Source: a bacterium | GTDB taxonomy: Bacteria > JADJOY01 | Assembly (NCBI GenBank): GCA_046331705.1 | Contig: JAXLQJ010000005.1 | Coordinates: 186,001 to 250,000 of the forward strand | Length of the DNA stretch: 64,000 nucleotides | Reading direction: 5' to 3' | Shown: piece by piece, positions 18,784 to 27,583 of the stretch | Numbering within the stretch: position 1 is the stretch's first letter | Layout: every line of letters starts with the position of its first letter | Made by a program: the position numbers and the translations under genes | Notes under the pieces: model-generated | What the model was told of the DNA's origin: nothing | Seen by the model: the letters and a program-made list of their open reading frames with translations, nothing else | Database searches by the model: none

Positions 18784-18827
18784 CGAGGGCCCGCTGGCGT
18801 TGCGCCGGCGGGCCTTCGCCTTTGGTT
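18784..18827 (+). terminator. Putative intrinsic terminator after the sigma gene
   Basis: 16-bp stem CGAGGGCCCGCTGGCG / CGCCGGCGGGCCTTCG (two G-U pairs), TTG loop, weak T tract CCTTTGGTT. Confidence 0.55.
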
Positions 18828-18969
18828 CGTGGTCGCCACGCGCCGCCGGCACCCGCCGCTGCGGGACGCCCGTTACCTCGGCGCTACGGGCAGCTTGCCG
18901 CGCGCGGCTGCGAGCGGCGCGATCGTCGTCGGAACAGCCACTTCCACGCGCTTCACCATCGCTCGGCCG

Positions 18970-18985
18970 CGGCGCGGTTCGTGCT
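18970..18985 (+). promoter_or_regulatory. Possible sigma54 (-24/-12) promoter for the DksA-like gene
   Basis: CGGCGCGGTTCGTGCT keeps the GG-N10-GC spacing of TGGCACG-N4-TTGCW, about 45 bp before ATG 19031. A chance match is plausible at this GC content. Confidence 0.3.
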
Positions 18986-19030
18986 CCATGTGAGCTGCTC
19001 GGCACCCCGTTCGACGGCAGGAGGTCGTCC

Positions 19031-19453
19031 ATGAATCCGCGCACACTCCATCAGATCGAGACTTCGCTGGCCCACGCGCGGGAGGAGCTGCTGCGTGAGA
19101 GCCAGGCGGCGGAAGCCGACCTGGCAACGCTCACCGAGATCCGCGTCGAACCCGAGCTGATCGACCGCGCCCAAGACGAAGCGCTCATCAGCGTTCTCGA
19201 CAGGCTCGACGAGCGCGAGCGAGGCGAGATCGCGGCCATCGACGCCGCCCTCGCCCGGATCCGCGCCGGCACCTTCGGCACCTGCCTCGGCTGCGGCGAG
19301 GCGATCGCCGTCGCCCGCCTGCAGGCGCAGCCCACCGCGACGCTCTGCCAGGAGTGCGCGGGTGCCGCGCGCAAGACGCCCCCGGCGCGAGCGTCACGCC
19401 CCGCGCGCGGAGCGCATCATCCCGCGCGTGAGCGGCGCGGCGCAGGTCGATAG
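19031..19453 (+). CDS. TraR/DksA-family C4-type zinc finger protein
   Basis: Coiled coil with ELIDRA tip, IDAALARIRAGTFGTCLGCGEAI..ARL.A.P.ATLCQEC; AGGAGG RBS. Confidence 0.92.
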   Translation: MNPRTLHQIETSLAHAREELLRESQAAEADLATLTEIRVEPELIDRAQDEALISVLDRLDERERGEIAAIDAALARIRAGTFGTCLGCGEAIAVARLQAQPTATLCQECAGAARKTPPARASRPARGAHHPARERRGAGR

Positions 19454-20067
19454 AGGCCGGCGGGATTCGATCCCAGGAAGCCGGCCTCGTACACGTCGCG
19501 ATCGACGCGGCTCAGGCGCGCGATCATGGCGCGCGTGACCAGCGGGCGGTGCTCGCGCCGGTCGAGCGCGTCGACGATCGCGTCGACCGCCCGCGCGTCG
19601 GTCCGCCACCCGTGGGCCTCGAACCGCCGCAGGTCCACCGGCAGCGAATACGAGCGCAGCGTCTTGCGGTACTCCACGTTGTAGTAGAACTCGAAATACG
19701 AGAGGGCGAGCTCGCGCAGATTGCGGAAGATCGGCTCGCGATATCGCAACGTGGTGGTGTTCGACTTGGCGACCGCGCCCAGGTGGCCATCGACCTGGAA
19801 GATGGCGAGCACGTGGTCGTCGTCCCGCACCGCGCGGAGATCGACCAGCAACGGCGGGTGACCGAGGCGTTCCAGCGCCGCCGCGGCGAAGAGCGCCCCA
19901 TCCATGCAATGCGCACGACGGTCGCGAAGCACGTCGCGCGGCGAGCGGTAATCGCTCTCGTCGCTGTAGGCGAGCGCATCCAGGTATTCCTGGATCTTGC
20001 GCGGCGTCACCAGGCGGCGCAGCACCGCACGCTCGTCAGCCGTCCAAGGCTCGACCTTCCGACTCAC
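19417..20067 (-). CDS. Conserved hypothetical protein, transglutaminase/cysteine-protease-like
   Basis: RAHCMDGALFAAAAL, DDDHVLAIF, GAVAKSN, LRYREPIFRNLRELALSYF; candidate Cys/His catalytic residues. Confidence 0.7.
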   Translation of the reverse strand: MSRKVEPWTADERAVLRRLVTPRKIQEYLDALAYSDESDYRSPRDVLRDRRAHCMDGALFAAAALERLGHPPLLVDLRAVRDDDHVLAIFQVDGHLGAVAKSNTTTLRYREPIFRNLRELALSYFEFYYNVEYRKTLRSYSLPVDLRRFEAHGWRTDARAVDAIVDALDRREHRPLVTRAMIARLSRVDRDVYEAGFLGSNPAGLYRPAPRRSRAG

Positions 20068-20229
20068 CGGACCTCCGCTCGTCGATCGCCGGGCGCGCGA
20101 GGCTCGCCCGGCAGCGAGCGCCCCGGTTTGTCACGAGGGTTGCCGTCGCGCAACCGCGCCGGCGGCGGTCGGGCACGACTGGCGCGCGAGTCGAGCGTCG
20201 AGTAAGAGTGGGCGCCCGGCGGCTGCCCC

Positions 20230-22218
20230 ATGACGCCCCTCGACGCCCATCCTTCGCGCTCGCCGTGGCCATGGCCCACGAGCACTCGCGCTTCGACGCG
20301 AGCGCTCACGCTGGCGCTGGCAGTCGCCGTCGTCACGGCCGGCTGCGCCGGTGGGAAGACCACCAGCGCACGCGGCAGCGGCACGCCGCTGCGCGTGGGC
20401 GTCGCCGTGGTCGACGTCACGCCGACGAGCTGGGAACGATTTCACGATGCCAACGGGAACGGGACGTGGGATTTCGCCGACGGCGAGCCGTTCGACGACT
20501 TCGGGCGCGACGGCATCCCTTCACCGGCGGAGCCCGGCTACGACCCGGTCACGAACCCCGATCCCAACCACGACGACTTCGATCCGGTCTCGAACGCGAG
20601 CGGCGGCGAGGGCAACGGCCGCTTCGAGCCGATCTGGATGGCCGGCTTCGCCAACGCGTATCCGGCGGTCGGCGTCCACGACCCGATCACGGTGCGTGCG
20701 CTCGCCCTCGCGCAGGGCGACGTCACGACGGTGCTCGTGGTGCTCGACGTCATCGGTGTGCTGACTCCTTCGCTCGAGCCGGCGCTCGATCGGATCGCCG
20801 CGGAGACCGCCATCGATCCCGCGCGCATCCTGGTGAGCGCGATCCACTCCCACGAGGGACCCGACACCCTGGGGCTGTGGGGTCGAACCGAGTACGAGTC
20901 CGGCATCGACCCCGTGTATCAGGCACGTCTGCTCGACGGCCTCGTGGAGTCCGTGGTCACGGCGCTCGGCTCGCTGCGCGAAGCCGAGCTCGCGGTGGCG
21001 GCAGTGACGCTGGATCTCGGCACGGCGGACCTCGCCCTGGACCACCGCGACATCGATCCCAGCGACCCGCCGCAGCTCGCCAACGACATCCGCCTGCCGA
21101 GTGTTCGCGATCCGCAGCTGCTCGCGATTCGAGCGGTGGCGGGCGACGGCCAGACGATCGCGACGCTGCTCGAGTGGGCGGATCACCCGGAGAGCATCGG
21201 CTCGCGAAACAACCTGATCTCGGCCGACTATCCAGGCTACGCGCGCGCCCGCCTCGAGGCCCGGCTGGGTGGCACCGCGATCTACCTGAGCGGCGCCCTG
21301 GGCGGGCTGATCACGCCCCTCGACGGCGCGCTCGTTCCCTACTGGACCGACGACGGGAAGCGCGGAACGGATCCCGCCACCGGCCTCTCGTGGATCGCCG
21401 ACGATGGTTTCGACAAGGCTCGCTCGCTCGGCTACGAGCTCGCCGAGCGAGCAGCCGACGCGCTTGCTTCCGCGCCCGCGATCGCTCCCGACTACCTGGA
21501 CTTCCGCCGCCGGGAGTCGCGCCTTCCGATGGAGAACCTGAATCTGGTGCTGGGGCTCGTGACCGGCGTGATCCCCGGCAGCTCCTCGTATTTCAGCGAC
21601 GAGGGCGAGGGCCTCTTCGACTTCTCGGATCCCGACCACTGCAGCCATTGCGGCTGCATCCGCACCCCGGTCTTCCGTCTCGATCTCGGCGGGCTGGCGA
21701 CCCTCGTCACCGTCCCCGGCGAGCTCTTCCCGGAAGCGCTCACCGGGCGCGACGAGCGGCGCCACGCGTTCGCGACGCCCGAGCACGACTACGGCGCCAC
21801 GACCTTTCCGGCGATCGAGGGATTGCGTGGCATGAAGGGCGCGCCCGAGACGCTGCTGGTCGCCGGGCTCTCGCCCAACGAGCTCGGCTACCTCATCCCC
21901 CAATCGGACTATCTCGACTTCACCGTGTCGGAGCTGCTCTTCGGCGGAGTGGGCAGCCCGCTCTCGCATCCAAACTTCTACGCGGAGTATTTCTCGCTCG
22001 GCCCGCGCGCCGGCGACACGCTCTACTGCGATCTCGTGAGCATCCTCGAGCTCCACCCGAATCCCGAGACGCGAACGCGCTGCGAGGCCGTGAGGCGCTC
22101 CACGTTCGTGGCGAATGGGTCCGACGCCGTCTGCAAGCTGGCGCGGGCATTGCCGGGGCCACTCGACGATCTCGCCCAGATCCTGCCGAGCGCCGCGGCC
22201 GCGGGGCGTTCGCGATGA
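20230..22218 (+). CDS. Neutral/alkaline ceramidase-like exported hydrolase (lipoprotein)
   Basis: Lipobox VTAGC; LRVGVAVVDVTP, MAGF...A.GVHDPITVRALAL, SAIHSHEGPD (HxH), HPE, ISADYPG, GALGG, VPGELFPE, NELGYLIP. Confidence 0.8.
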   Translation: MTPLDAHPSRSPWPWPTSTRASTRALTLALAVAVVTAGCAGGKTTSARGSGTPLRVGVAVVDVTPTSWERFHDANGNGTWDFADGEPFDDFGRDGIPSPAEPGYDPVTNPDPNHDDFDPVSNASGGEGNGRFEPIWMAGFANAYPAVGVHDPITVRALALAQGDVTTVLVVLDVIGVLTPSLEPALDRIAAETAIDPARILVSAIHSHEGPDTLGLWGRTEYESGIDPVYQARLLDGLVESVVTALGSLREAELAVAAVTLDLGTADLALDHRDIDPSDPPQLANDIRLPSVRDPQLLAIRAVAGDGQTIATLLEWADHPESIGSRNNLISADYPGYARARLEARLGGTAIYLSGALGGLITPLDGALVPYWTDDGKRGTDPATGLSWIADDGFDKARSLGYELAERAADALASAPAIAPDYLDFRRRESRLPMENLNLVLGLVTGVIPGSSSYFSDEGEGLFDFSDPDHCSHCGCIRTPVFRLDLGGLATLVTVPGELFPEALTGRDERRHAFATPEHDYGATTFPAIEGLRGMKGAPETLLVAGLSPNELGYLIPQSDYLDFTVSELLFGGVGSPLSHPNFYAEYFSLGPRAGDTLYCDLVSILELHPNPETRTRCEAVRRSTFVANGSDAVCKLARALPGPLDDLAQILPSAAAAGRSR

Positions 22219-23804
22219 CGAAGGCGACACGCCCCGTCCGCGGTCGCCCGGGGGTCGCCGTACGGACGCTCCTCGCCACCCTGCTCGCGACGGGGCTCGC
22301 CGCGTGCAGCTCCCGCGACGGCGCCGACACGGAACCCGAGCAAGGCTCGTGCGAGCCCAACACCCAGGCGTTCGTCTCCCGCCCCACGCCGTCGCCCGCG
22401 ACGCTGCCTTTCCTGCACGTCTCCGGCACGGACGTCGTCGACGAGAGCGGCCAACGGGTCGCGTTGCGCGGCGTGAACCTCGGGAGCTGGCTCTTGGTCG
22501 AGAGCTGGATTCCCGGCATCGGCATCGAGAACTTGGATTGCTCGGACTGGAACGAGGTGCTCATCCGCAAATGCGAGGAGCTGGGCTGCGAGCGCACCAT
22601 GCGGGTGGGCGTTCCCCTCGCCTATCTCCAGCACTTCGTGGCGCTCGAGCCGTGTGCCCGTGTCGCCGAGTTCCTGCGCGGCTGGAGCACGGCCCACGCG
22701 ATTTCCGGGGAAGCCGAGGCCATCGGCCGGTTCTGGGAGTGGTACGACTCGACTCCCAAGGTCGCGAGCGAGCAAGAGCTGTGGAGATCGGTGGCCGGTC
22801 GCTTCGGCTGGCGGGAGAGCCAACGCCTCCGCGAGACGTACCGCGAGCGCTGGATCACCGAGGATGATCTCGCGCGCATCGCCGCGCTCGGCCTGAGCTT
22901 CGTTCGGCTGCCGTTCTGGTACGACTGGCTGGAATCGGACGATGCCGCCGGCGCGCGCTTCCGTCCCGAGGGCTGGGCGCGACTCCACCAGATCCTGGAA
23001 TGGGCGCGAGCCCACCGTCTGTACGTGCTCCTCGACATGCACGGGGCGCCGGGCGGCCAGAACAACGAGACCCACAGCGGCACCAGCGACGGCAACCGAC
23101 TGTGGTTCGACGAGCGCTGCAGCGCGAAGACCGCGCGCCTATGGCAGGCCATCGCGAGCTACGTCGCCGACGATCCGCACGTGGTCGGCTTCGACCTGCT
23201 GAACGAACCGCTGTCGATCTACGACGCCGGCCGCCACCAAGCGGTGCTGTCGCAGATCTATCAGGCGATCCGCGCCGTCGACGGGCGACACATCGTGATG
23301 AACGAGGACGGCTACCTGCCGCTCTTCCTGGTACCGTCGCCCGTCGAGATGGGCTGGGAGAACTTCATGTTCTCGATCCACTTCTACGGCGGCGGCACGA
23401 GCGCGGACCAGCGGGTCGCGGAGCTCGCGCAGAAGCTCGCCGGGCTCGCGGACGTGTGGGACCGACGCTTCCGCTGCCCGCTTCTCCTCGGCGAGTTCTC
23501 CACCTACGATCCCGGCGCCGAATCCATCGAGGCCATGCGGCGGTCCTTCGCGCTGCTCGATTCCCACGGCATCCACTGGTCACCTTGGACCTACAAGCAG
23601 TGGGACGCGAGCTCGATCTGGGGGCTCTATCACGCGAAGCCGCCCTTCGCGCGCCTCGACCTGGCGAGCGCCAGCCTCGCCGAGACCCGCGACTGGATCG
23701 CCGCGCTCGGCACCGAGCATTTCGAGACCGATCCGGCATTCGAGGCCGCCTACCGCGAGCAGGCGCCCACGCCTGCGCAGCCGTTCTCGCTCGACTTCGA
23801 ATGA
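22215..23804 (+). CDS. Glycoside hydrolase family 5 (clan GH-A) lipoprotein
   Basis: Lipobox LAAC; LRGVNLGSWLLVE, VRLP, LLDMHGAPGGQN, FDLLNEP (acid/base Glu), SIHFY, LLGEFS (nucleophile Glu), WTYK; ATGA overlap. Confidence 0.92.
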   Translation: MTKATRPVRGRPGVAVRTLLATLLATGLAACSSRDGADTEPEQGSCEPNTQAFVSRPTPSPATLPFLHVSGTDVVDESGQRVALRGVNLGSWLLVESWIPGIGIENLDCSDWNEVLIRKCEELGCERTMRVGVPLAYLQHFVALEPCARVAEFLRGWSTAHAISGEAEAIGRFWEWYDSTPKVASEQELWRSVAGRFGWRESQRLRETYRERWITEDDLARIAALGLSFVRLPFWYDWLESDDAAGARFRPEGWARLHQILEWARAHRLYVLLDMHGAPGGQNNETHSGTSDGNRLWFDERCSAKTARLWQAIASYVADDPHVVGFDLLNEPLSIYDAGRHQAVLSQIYQAIRAVDGRHIVMNEDGYLPLFLVPSPVEMGWENFMFSIHFYGGGTSADQRVAELAQKLAGLADVWDRRFRCPLLLGEFSTYDPGAESIEAMRRSFALLDSHGIHWSPWTYKQWDASSIWGLYHAKPPFARLDLASASLAETRDWIAALGTEHFETDPAFEAAYREQAPTPAQPFSLDFE

Positions 23805-25174
23805 GTCGCGGGCTCGCGCCGCTCTTGGCCGCGGTGACGCTCGCCGTGGGCTCGTACGGGCGAGCCGAAGCCGCGAGCGCGGGGCCCGCCGCAGTCGCGC
23901 CACCCGTCGTGATCGTGGTCTTCGACGCGCTGCGCGCCGATCACCTCGGCCTCTACGGCTACCGCGCGCGGCCGACCAGCCCCACCTTCGATCGGCTCGC
24001 GGGCGAATCGATCGTTCTCGACGATGCCCGCGCCGCGGCGCCGTACACCCTCGCCTCGGTGGCGACCTTGCTCACGGGGCGCCCCCCGGACGAGCACACG
24101 CTCACGACGTTCGAGCGCGCCCTTCCGAGAGACGTGCCGACCCTCCCTCACGCGCTCGCGAGCAGCGGCTATCGCTCGCTGGTCGCGAGCCGCTCCGGCA
24201 TCCTGCACGGCTTCGCCCTGGAGGATTCGTTCGAGCTCGAGCTCGTCGACCCCCAGCTCACCGAGGATCCCCGCGCCTTCCGGAGCCGCTGGAAGGAGGG
24301 CATCGGAACACTGGCGGCGGGCCCCCAGCCCTGGTTCGCGTACCTGCATTTCTTCCCACCGCACGCCCCCTATCGCCCTCCCAAGGCATTCACGGTCCCG
24401 TTCGTGCTCCCCAACGTCGAGGGCGTGAGCGGCTCGATCGCGTTTCTGCGGGCCCTCGACAGCGGCGCGACCAAGCTCGGCGCCGCGGCGCTCGACGCGC
24501 TGGTGGCTCGCTACGACGCCAACATCCGCTACGCCGATCACGAGCTCGCGGATCTCCTCGATCATCTGGGGAAGCTCGGGGTCCTCGAGCGCGCGTGGCT
24601 CGTCGTGACCTCCGATCACGGCGAGGCGTTCGGCGAGCACGGCCGCTTCGAGCACAACTCCACGGTCTACGAAGAGATGGTGAAGGTTCCGCTGCTGGTA
24701 CGCCCGCCCGGCGGCGCGCAGCGCGCGACGCGAATCGGCGAGCCCGTGGGCCTCGTGGACCTGGCACCCACGGTGCTCGCGTGGGCGGGCCAGCCGGTGC
24801 CGGCCGAGATGGCGGGCAGGCCGCTACCGCTGGCCCCCGGTGCCCGCTACGCGGCGCGCCCGCGGCCCATCACCCTGCGCAGCGCCTCGCCGCCGGTGCG
24901 GTTCGGCATCACCGACGGCGACTGGAAGTACGTTCGGCCGCTGGACGATTCCGCCGCGTCGAGCATCGCGAGCGAAGAGCTCTACGATCTCGCCGCGGAC
25001 CCCCGCGAACGCACCAACCTCGCGGGCACGCGCGGCGATGTCCTGGCGCGATTCCGCGAGAGCGCCGCCCAGGAGCTCGCCCGCCAGCGGGCACACGCCG
25101 CCGCTCCACGCACGCTCGAGGCGATGCCGTCCGAGACCGGCGACGCGCTCCGGGCACTCGGTTACGTGCAGTGA
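23801..25174 (+). CDS. Exported sulfatase / alkaline-phosphatase-superfamily hydrolase (Thr at the nucleophile position)
   Basis: Signal peptide; FDALRADHL..YGY, PYTLASVATLLTG, HFFPPHAPY, YDANIRYAD, TSDHGEAFGEHG, VPL, ELYDLAADP.E..NL, LRALGYV; ATGA overlap. Confidence 0.88.
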   Translation: MSRGLAPLLAAVTLAVGSYGRAEAASAGPAAVAPPVVIVVFDALRADHLGLYGYRARPTSPTFDRLAGESIVLDDARAAAPYTLASVATLLTGRPPDEHTLTTFERALPRDVPTLPHALASSGYRSLVASRSGILHGFALEDSFELELVDPQLTEDPRAFRSRWKEGIGTLAAGPQPWFAYLHFFPPHAPYRPPKAFTVPFVLPNVEGVSGSIAFLRALDSGATKLGAAALDALVARYDANIRYADHELADLLDHLGKLGVLERAWLVVTSDHGEAFGEHGRFEHNSTVYEEMVKVPLLVRPPGGAQRATRIGEPVGLVDLAPTVLAWAGQPVPAEMAGRPLPLAPGARYAARPRPITLRSASPPVRFGITDGDWKYVRPLDDSAASSIASEELYDLAADPRERTNLAGTRGDVLARFRESAAQELARQRAHAAAPRTLEAMPSETGDALRALGYVQ

Positions 25175-25355
25175 CGGCGGAGGAAACCGGCGGATTCGAG
25201 ACCGTGCTCGTCTCGCGCCGCTTGCCGGTCCGTGCGGCGAGGGTACGCAGGCGAGCGCCACAGCGGGCGGACGGCCCAATGCGATCCGCCCCAACGCGAT
25301 CGAGAACACCCGCGTCTCACCCGCCGCGACGGACCGTGGGCCGCCCGGCGGGCGC

Positions 25356-27425
25356 TCACGGTTCGGGCTCGACCAGGATGGGCGTGGCGACGAACATCGA
25401 CGGCACCGTCACCCGATAGGTGGTCGCGCCGACCTTCGTGAACGCGAGCTCGACGCTCCCTGCGTGGTCGAGCTGGGAAAAGCGCTGCGGCTCGAATCCC
25501 GGCGGCGGCGTCACGTCGACCTGGACGTTCGACCGCGCCTGCCACACCAAGCCCGTGAGCCAGGTCTGCTGGTACGTGTAGTCGGTGAGCGTGAGTACCA
25601 TGGCGCGTGGCCCCACCGTCGCCGTGACGTCGATGAACGGCGTCAGGCTGCGCGCGACCGTGTTGGGCGGCGCCACGTCGCCTTCCAGCAGCGCCGACCG
25701 CATCGGCACCAGCTCCTGCTTCAAGCGGCCGATCTCGTCCAGGGACGAGGCGGGACAGACGTCGTCCAGCTCGGGTCGCCCCAGGAACCACAGCACGGTC
25801 TTCGCGCCGCGCCCCACCACCTGGTACCACTGGGCGCGGATCTCGTCGGCCGACGGACAGCGCACGTCGTCCTCGTAGAGCCCCTGCGTCCACATGTAGC
25901 TGGGGCCGGGCTCGGCGGCGAGCTTGATCTCGGCCGCGTACTTGCCCACGTACTGGATGAGGTCGTTGTAGAAGAGCGGCAGGTTGGTGTTGCACTTGGG
26001 CGCCCAGATCGCGTAGTGGTCCATGCCCCCGACGTCACCGAGCGGCGCCCACTCGGAGAAGTGGTACATGCAGGCGTTGTAGACCCAAAGCGGCGTCGTC
26101 TCGCCCCACAGCGCGCGATTGGACTGCACCTGGGCGAGCGTCAGGGACGACGGATCGCCGAACTCGGGCTCACCCGCGACCGCATCGAAGAGCAGGCGCG
26201 GATGCCCGCGCCACGCCGACACGAACGCAGGATCGGGCTGGCTCTGGTGCATCCAGACGTGGAAGTCGTGCTCCGGAGCGAGCTGATCGAGCACCAGCTC
26301 GGGCGGCGCCGCGTCCGACGGCGTCCACAGGAAGAGATCGATGCCGCGCTCCAAGTACCGCTGGAGCACCGTGGGGTCGTTGTAGGGGCTCGCGGCGCCG
26401 CCACCTTGCGCCTGCGTCCAATCGCCCACGCCGAAATGCGGGCGGAAGAGCCGTAGCGCGCGGGTGTCGCGCGTCGGCATCGCGCCGTCGCTTCCGCGCA
26501 CGGTGAAGGTGAGCCAGCGTCCGAGCGGCACGCCGTCCGGGCGCGGCACCCGGATCATGGCGACACCCTTCGGCGCCAGCGTCGGGTCGTCGACCACCGC
26601 GAACGACGAGACGTCGACGCCGTCGATCTCGAGTCCCAGGACGGTGCGCGCCGACGCCGCGTCGTTGCGGACGTGCACCAGGATCTCGTCGCCGGACTCG
26701 GTCGCGGTCACGTAGCTCGGCGTGAGCCCGGGCGCGGGCAGCACGGCGGTCTTGCTCCACACCGTCGTCGCGCCTGCCCGGACCTCGAGGGTCACGGGGT
26801 TGCCAGCGTCGTACTGGGCCTGCTTCGTGTAGCAGCGCACGATCCCGATCTCGCCCGCCGCCAGCTCGGGATCGACGATCTCGCACCACTGCACCACACC
26901 GAGCCCCGGATCGGCGATCTGCCCGTCGAGCAGCACCTCGGTGACCGTGGCCGGCGCGCTCGCCTGGAAGAAGCCCAGGATGAGTCCGCCGTGCTCGGGT
27001 TTGTCGATGGCCTCGGTGATGACCGGGTCGTAGTGCGGCGGCACCAGCTCGATCTCGTCGAGGGGGCCGGTCCCCGACGGGAAGGCGCCCACCGAGATCA
27101 CGCAGGACGAGGAATCGGCGGCACCCGCCGAGTCGGTGACGGTGAGCACCGCGCGGTACGCACCAGGCGCCGAGAACGCATGCACCGCCGACGCGCCGCC
27201 GGCGCTTGCGCCGTCTCCGAACGCGAACGCGGAGCTCGCGAGCGGCCCCTCGGCGTCCGAGGACCCGGCGGAGTCGAACGACACGCTCTCGCCCACGCCC
27301 GCCACGCGCGGCGAGCACGAGAGCCTCGCGATCGGCTCCTGATTCGGCTGACAGGTCGCGCCGAGCGCCAGCGTCGCCGCGATCGCCGCCAACAGGCCCG
27401 AGATCCCACGACTCATGCGGCTCAT
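25356..27425 (-). CDS. PKD-domain lipoprotein with Ig-like segments and a C-terminal putative glycoside-hydrolase TIM barrel
   Basis: Lipobox-like LGATC; PKD motif VSFDSAGSSD.EG...FGDG...H.F..PG.Y...LTVTD; C-terminal GEP, DHY, WTQG, P..DEIR.Q.Y....RGAK...WF; GAGGAG RBS. Confidence 0.7.
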   Translation of the reverse strand: MSRMSRGISGLLAAIAATLALGATCQPNQEPIARLSCSPRVAGVGESVSFDSAGSSDAEGPLASSAFAFGDGASAGGASAVHAFSAPGAYRAVLTVTDSAGAADSSSCVISVGAFPSGTGPLDEIELVPPHYDPVITEAIDKPEHGGLILGFFQASAPATVTEVLLDGQIADPGLGVVQWCEIVDPELAAGEIGIVRCYTKQAQYDAGNPVTLEVRAGATTVWSKTAVLPAPGLTPSYVTATESGDEILVHVRNDAASARTVLGLEIDGVDVSSFAVVDDPTLAPKGVAMIRVPRPDGVPLGRWLTFTVRGSDGAMPTRDTRALRLFRPHFGVGDWTQAQGGGAASPYNDPTVLQRYLERGIDLFLWTPSDAAPPELVLDQLAPEHDFHVWMHQSQPDPAFVSAWRGHPRLLFDAVAGEPEFGDPSSLTLAQVQSNRALWGETTPLWVYNACMYHFSEWAPLGDVGGMDHYAIWAPKCNTNLPLFYNDLIQYVGKYAAEIKLAAEPGPSYMWTQGLYEDDVRCPSADEIRAQWYQVVGRGAKTVLWFLGRPELDDVCPASSLDEIGRLKQELVPMRSALLEGDVAPPNTVARSLTPFIDVTATVGPRAMVLTLTDYTYQQTWLTGLVWQARSNVQVDVTPPPGFEPQRFSQLDHAGSVELAFTKVGATTYRVTVPSMFVATPILVEPEP

Positions 27426-27583
27426 ACGTGAAGCTCCTCGCACGCCGCGCGCCGTGCCTCGAGCGGCAGGTGACTCCACATGGTAGCGAGCGCCGAGAAG
27501 CCGGCGCAATCGCGCGCCAGCGCCGCGCGCAAGCGCTCGCCGGCACCGGACATGACCGCGACGACGATCGTTTCGAGCGCCGC

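Noticed and set aside
25275-25302. Short direct repeat CCCAA[T/C]GCGATC x2 in a convergent intergenic region
   Set aside because: Only two copies with no spacer structure; not a CRISPR array or recognisable element.
27422-27553. 43-codon ORF (MSGAGERLRAAL...) on the - strand between the small membrane protein and the PKD gene
   Set aside because: Short, no motif and no clear RBS; cannot be supported.
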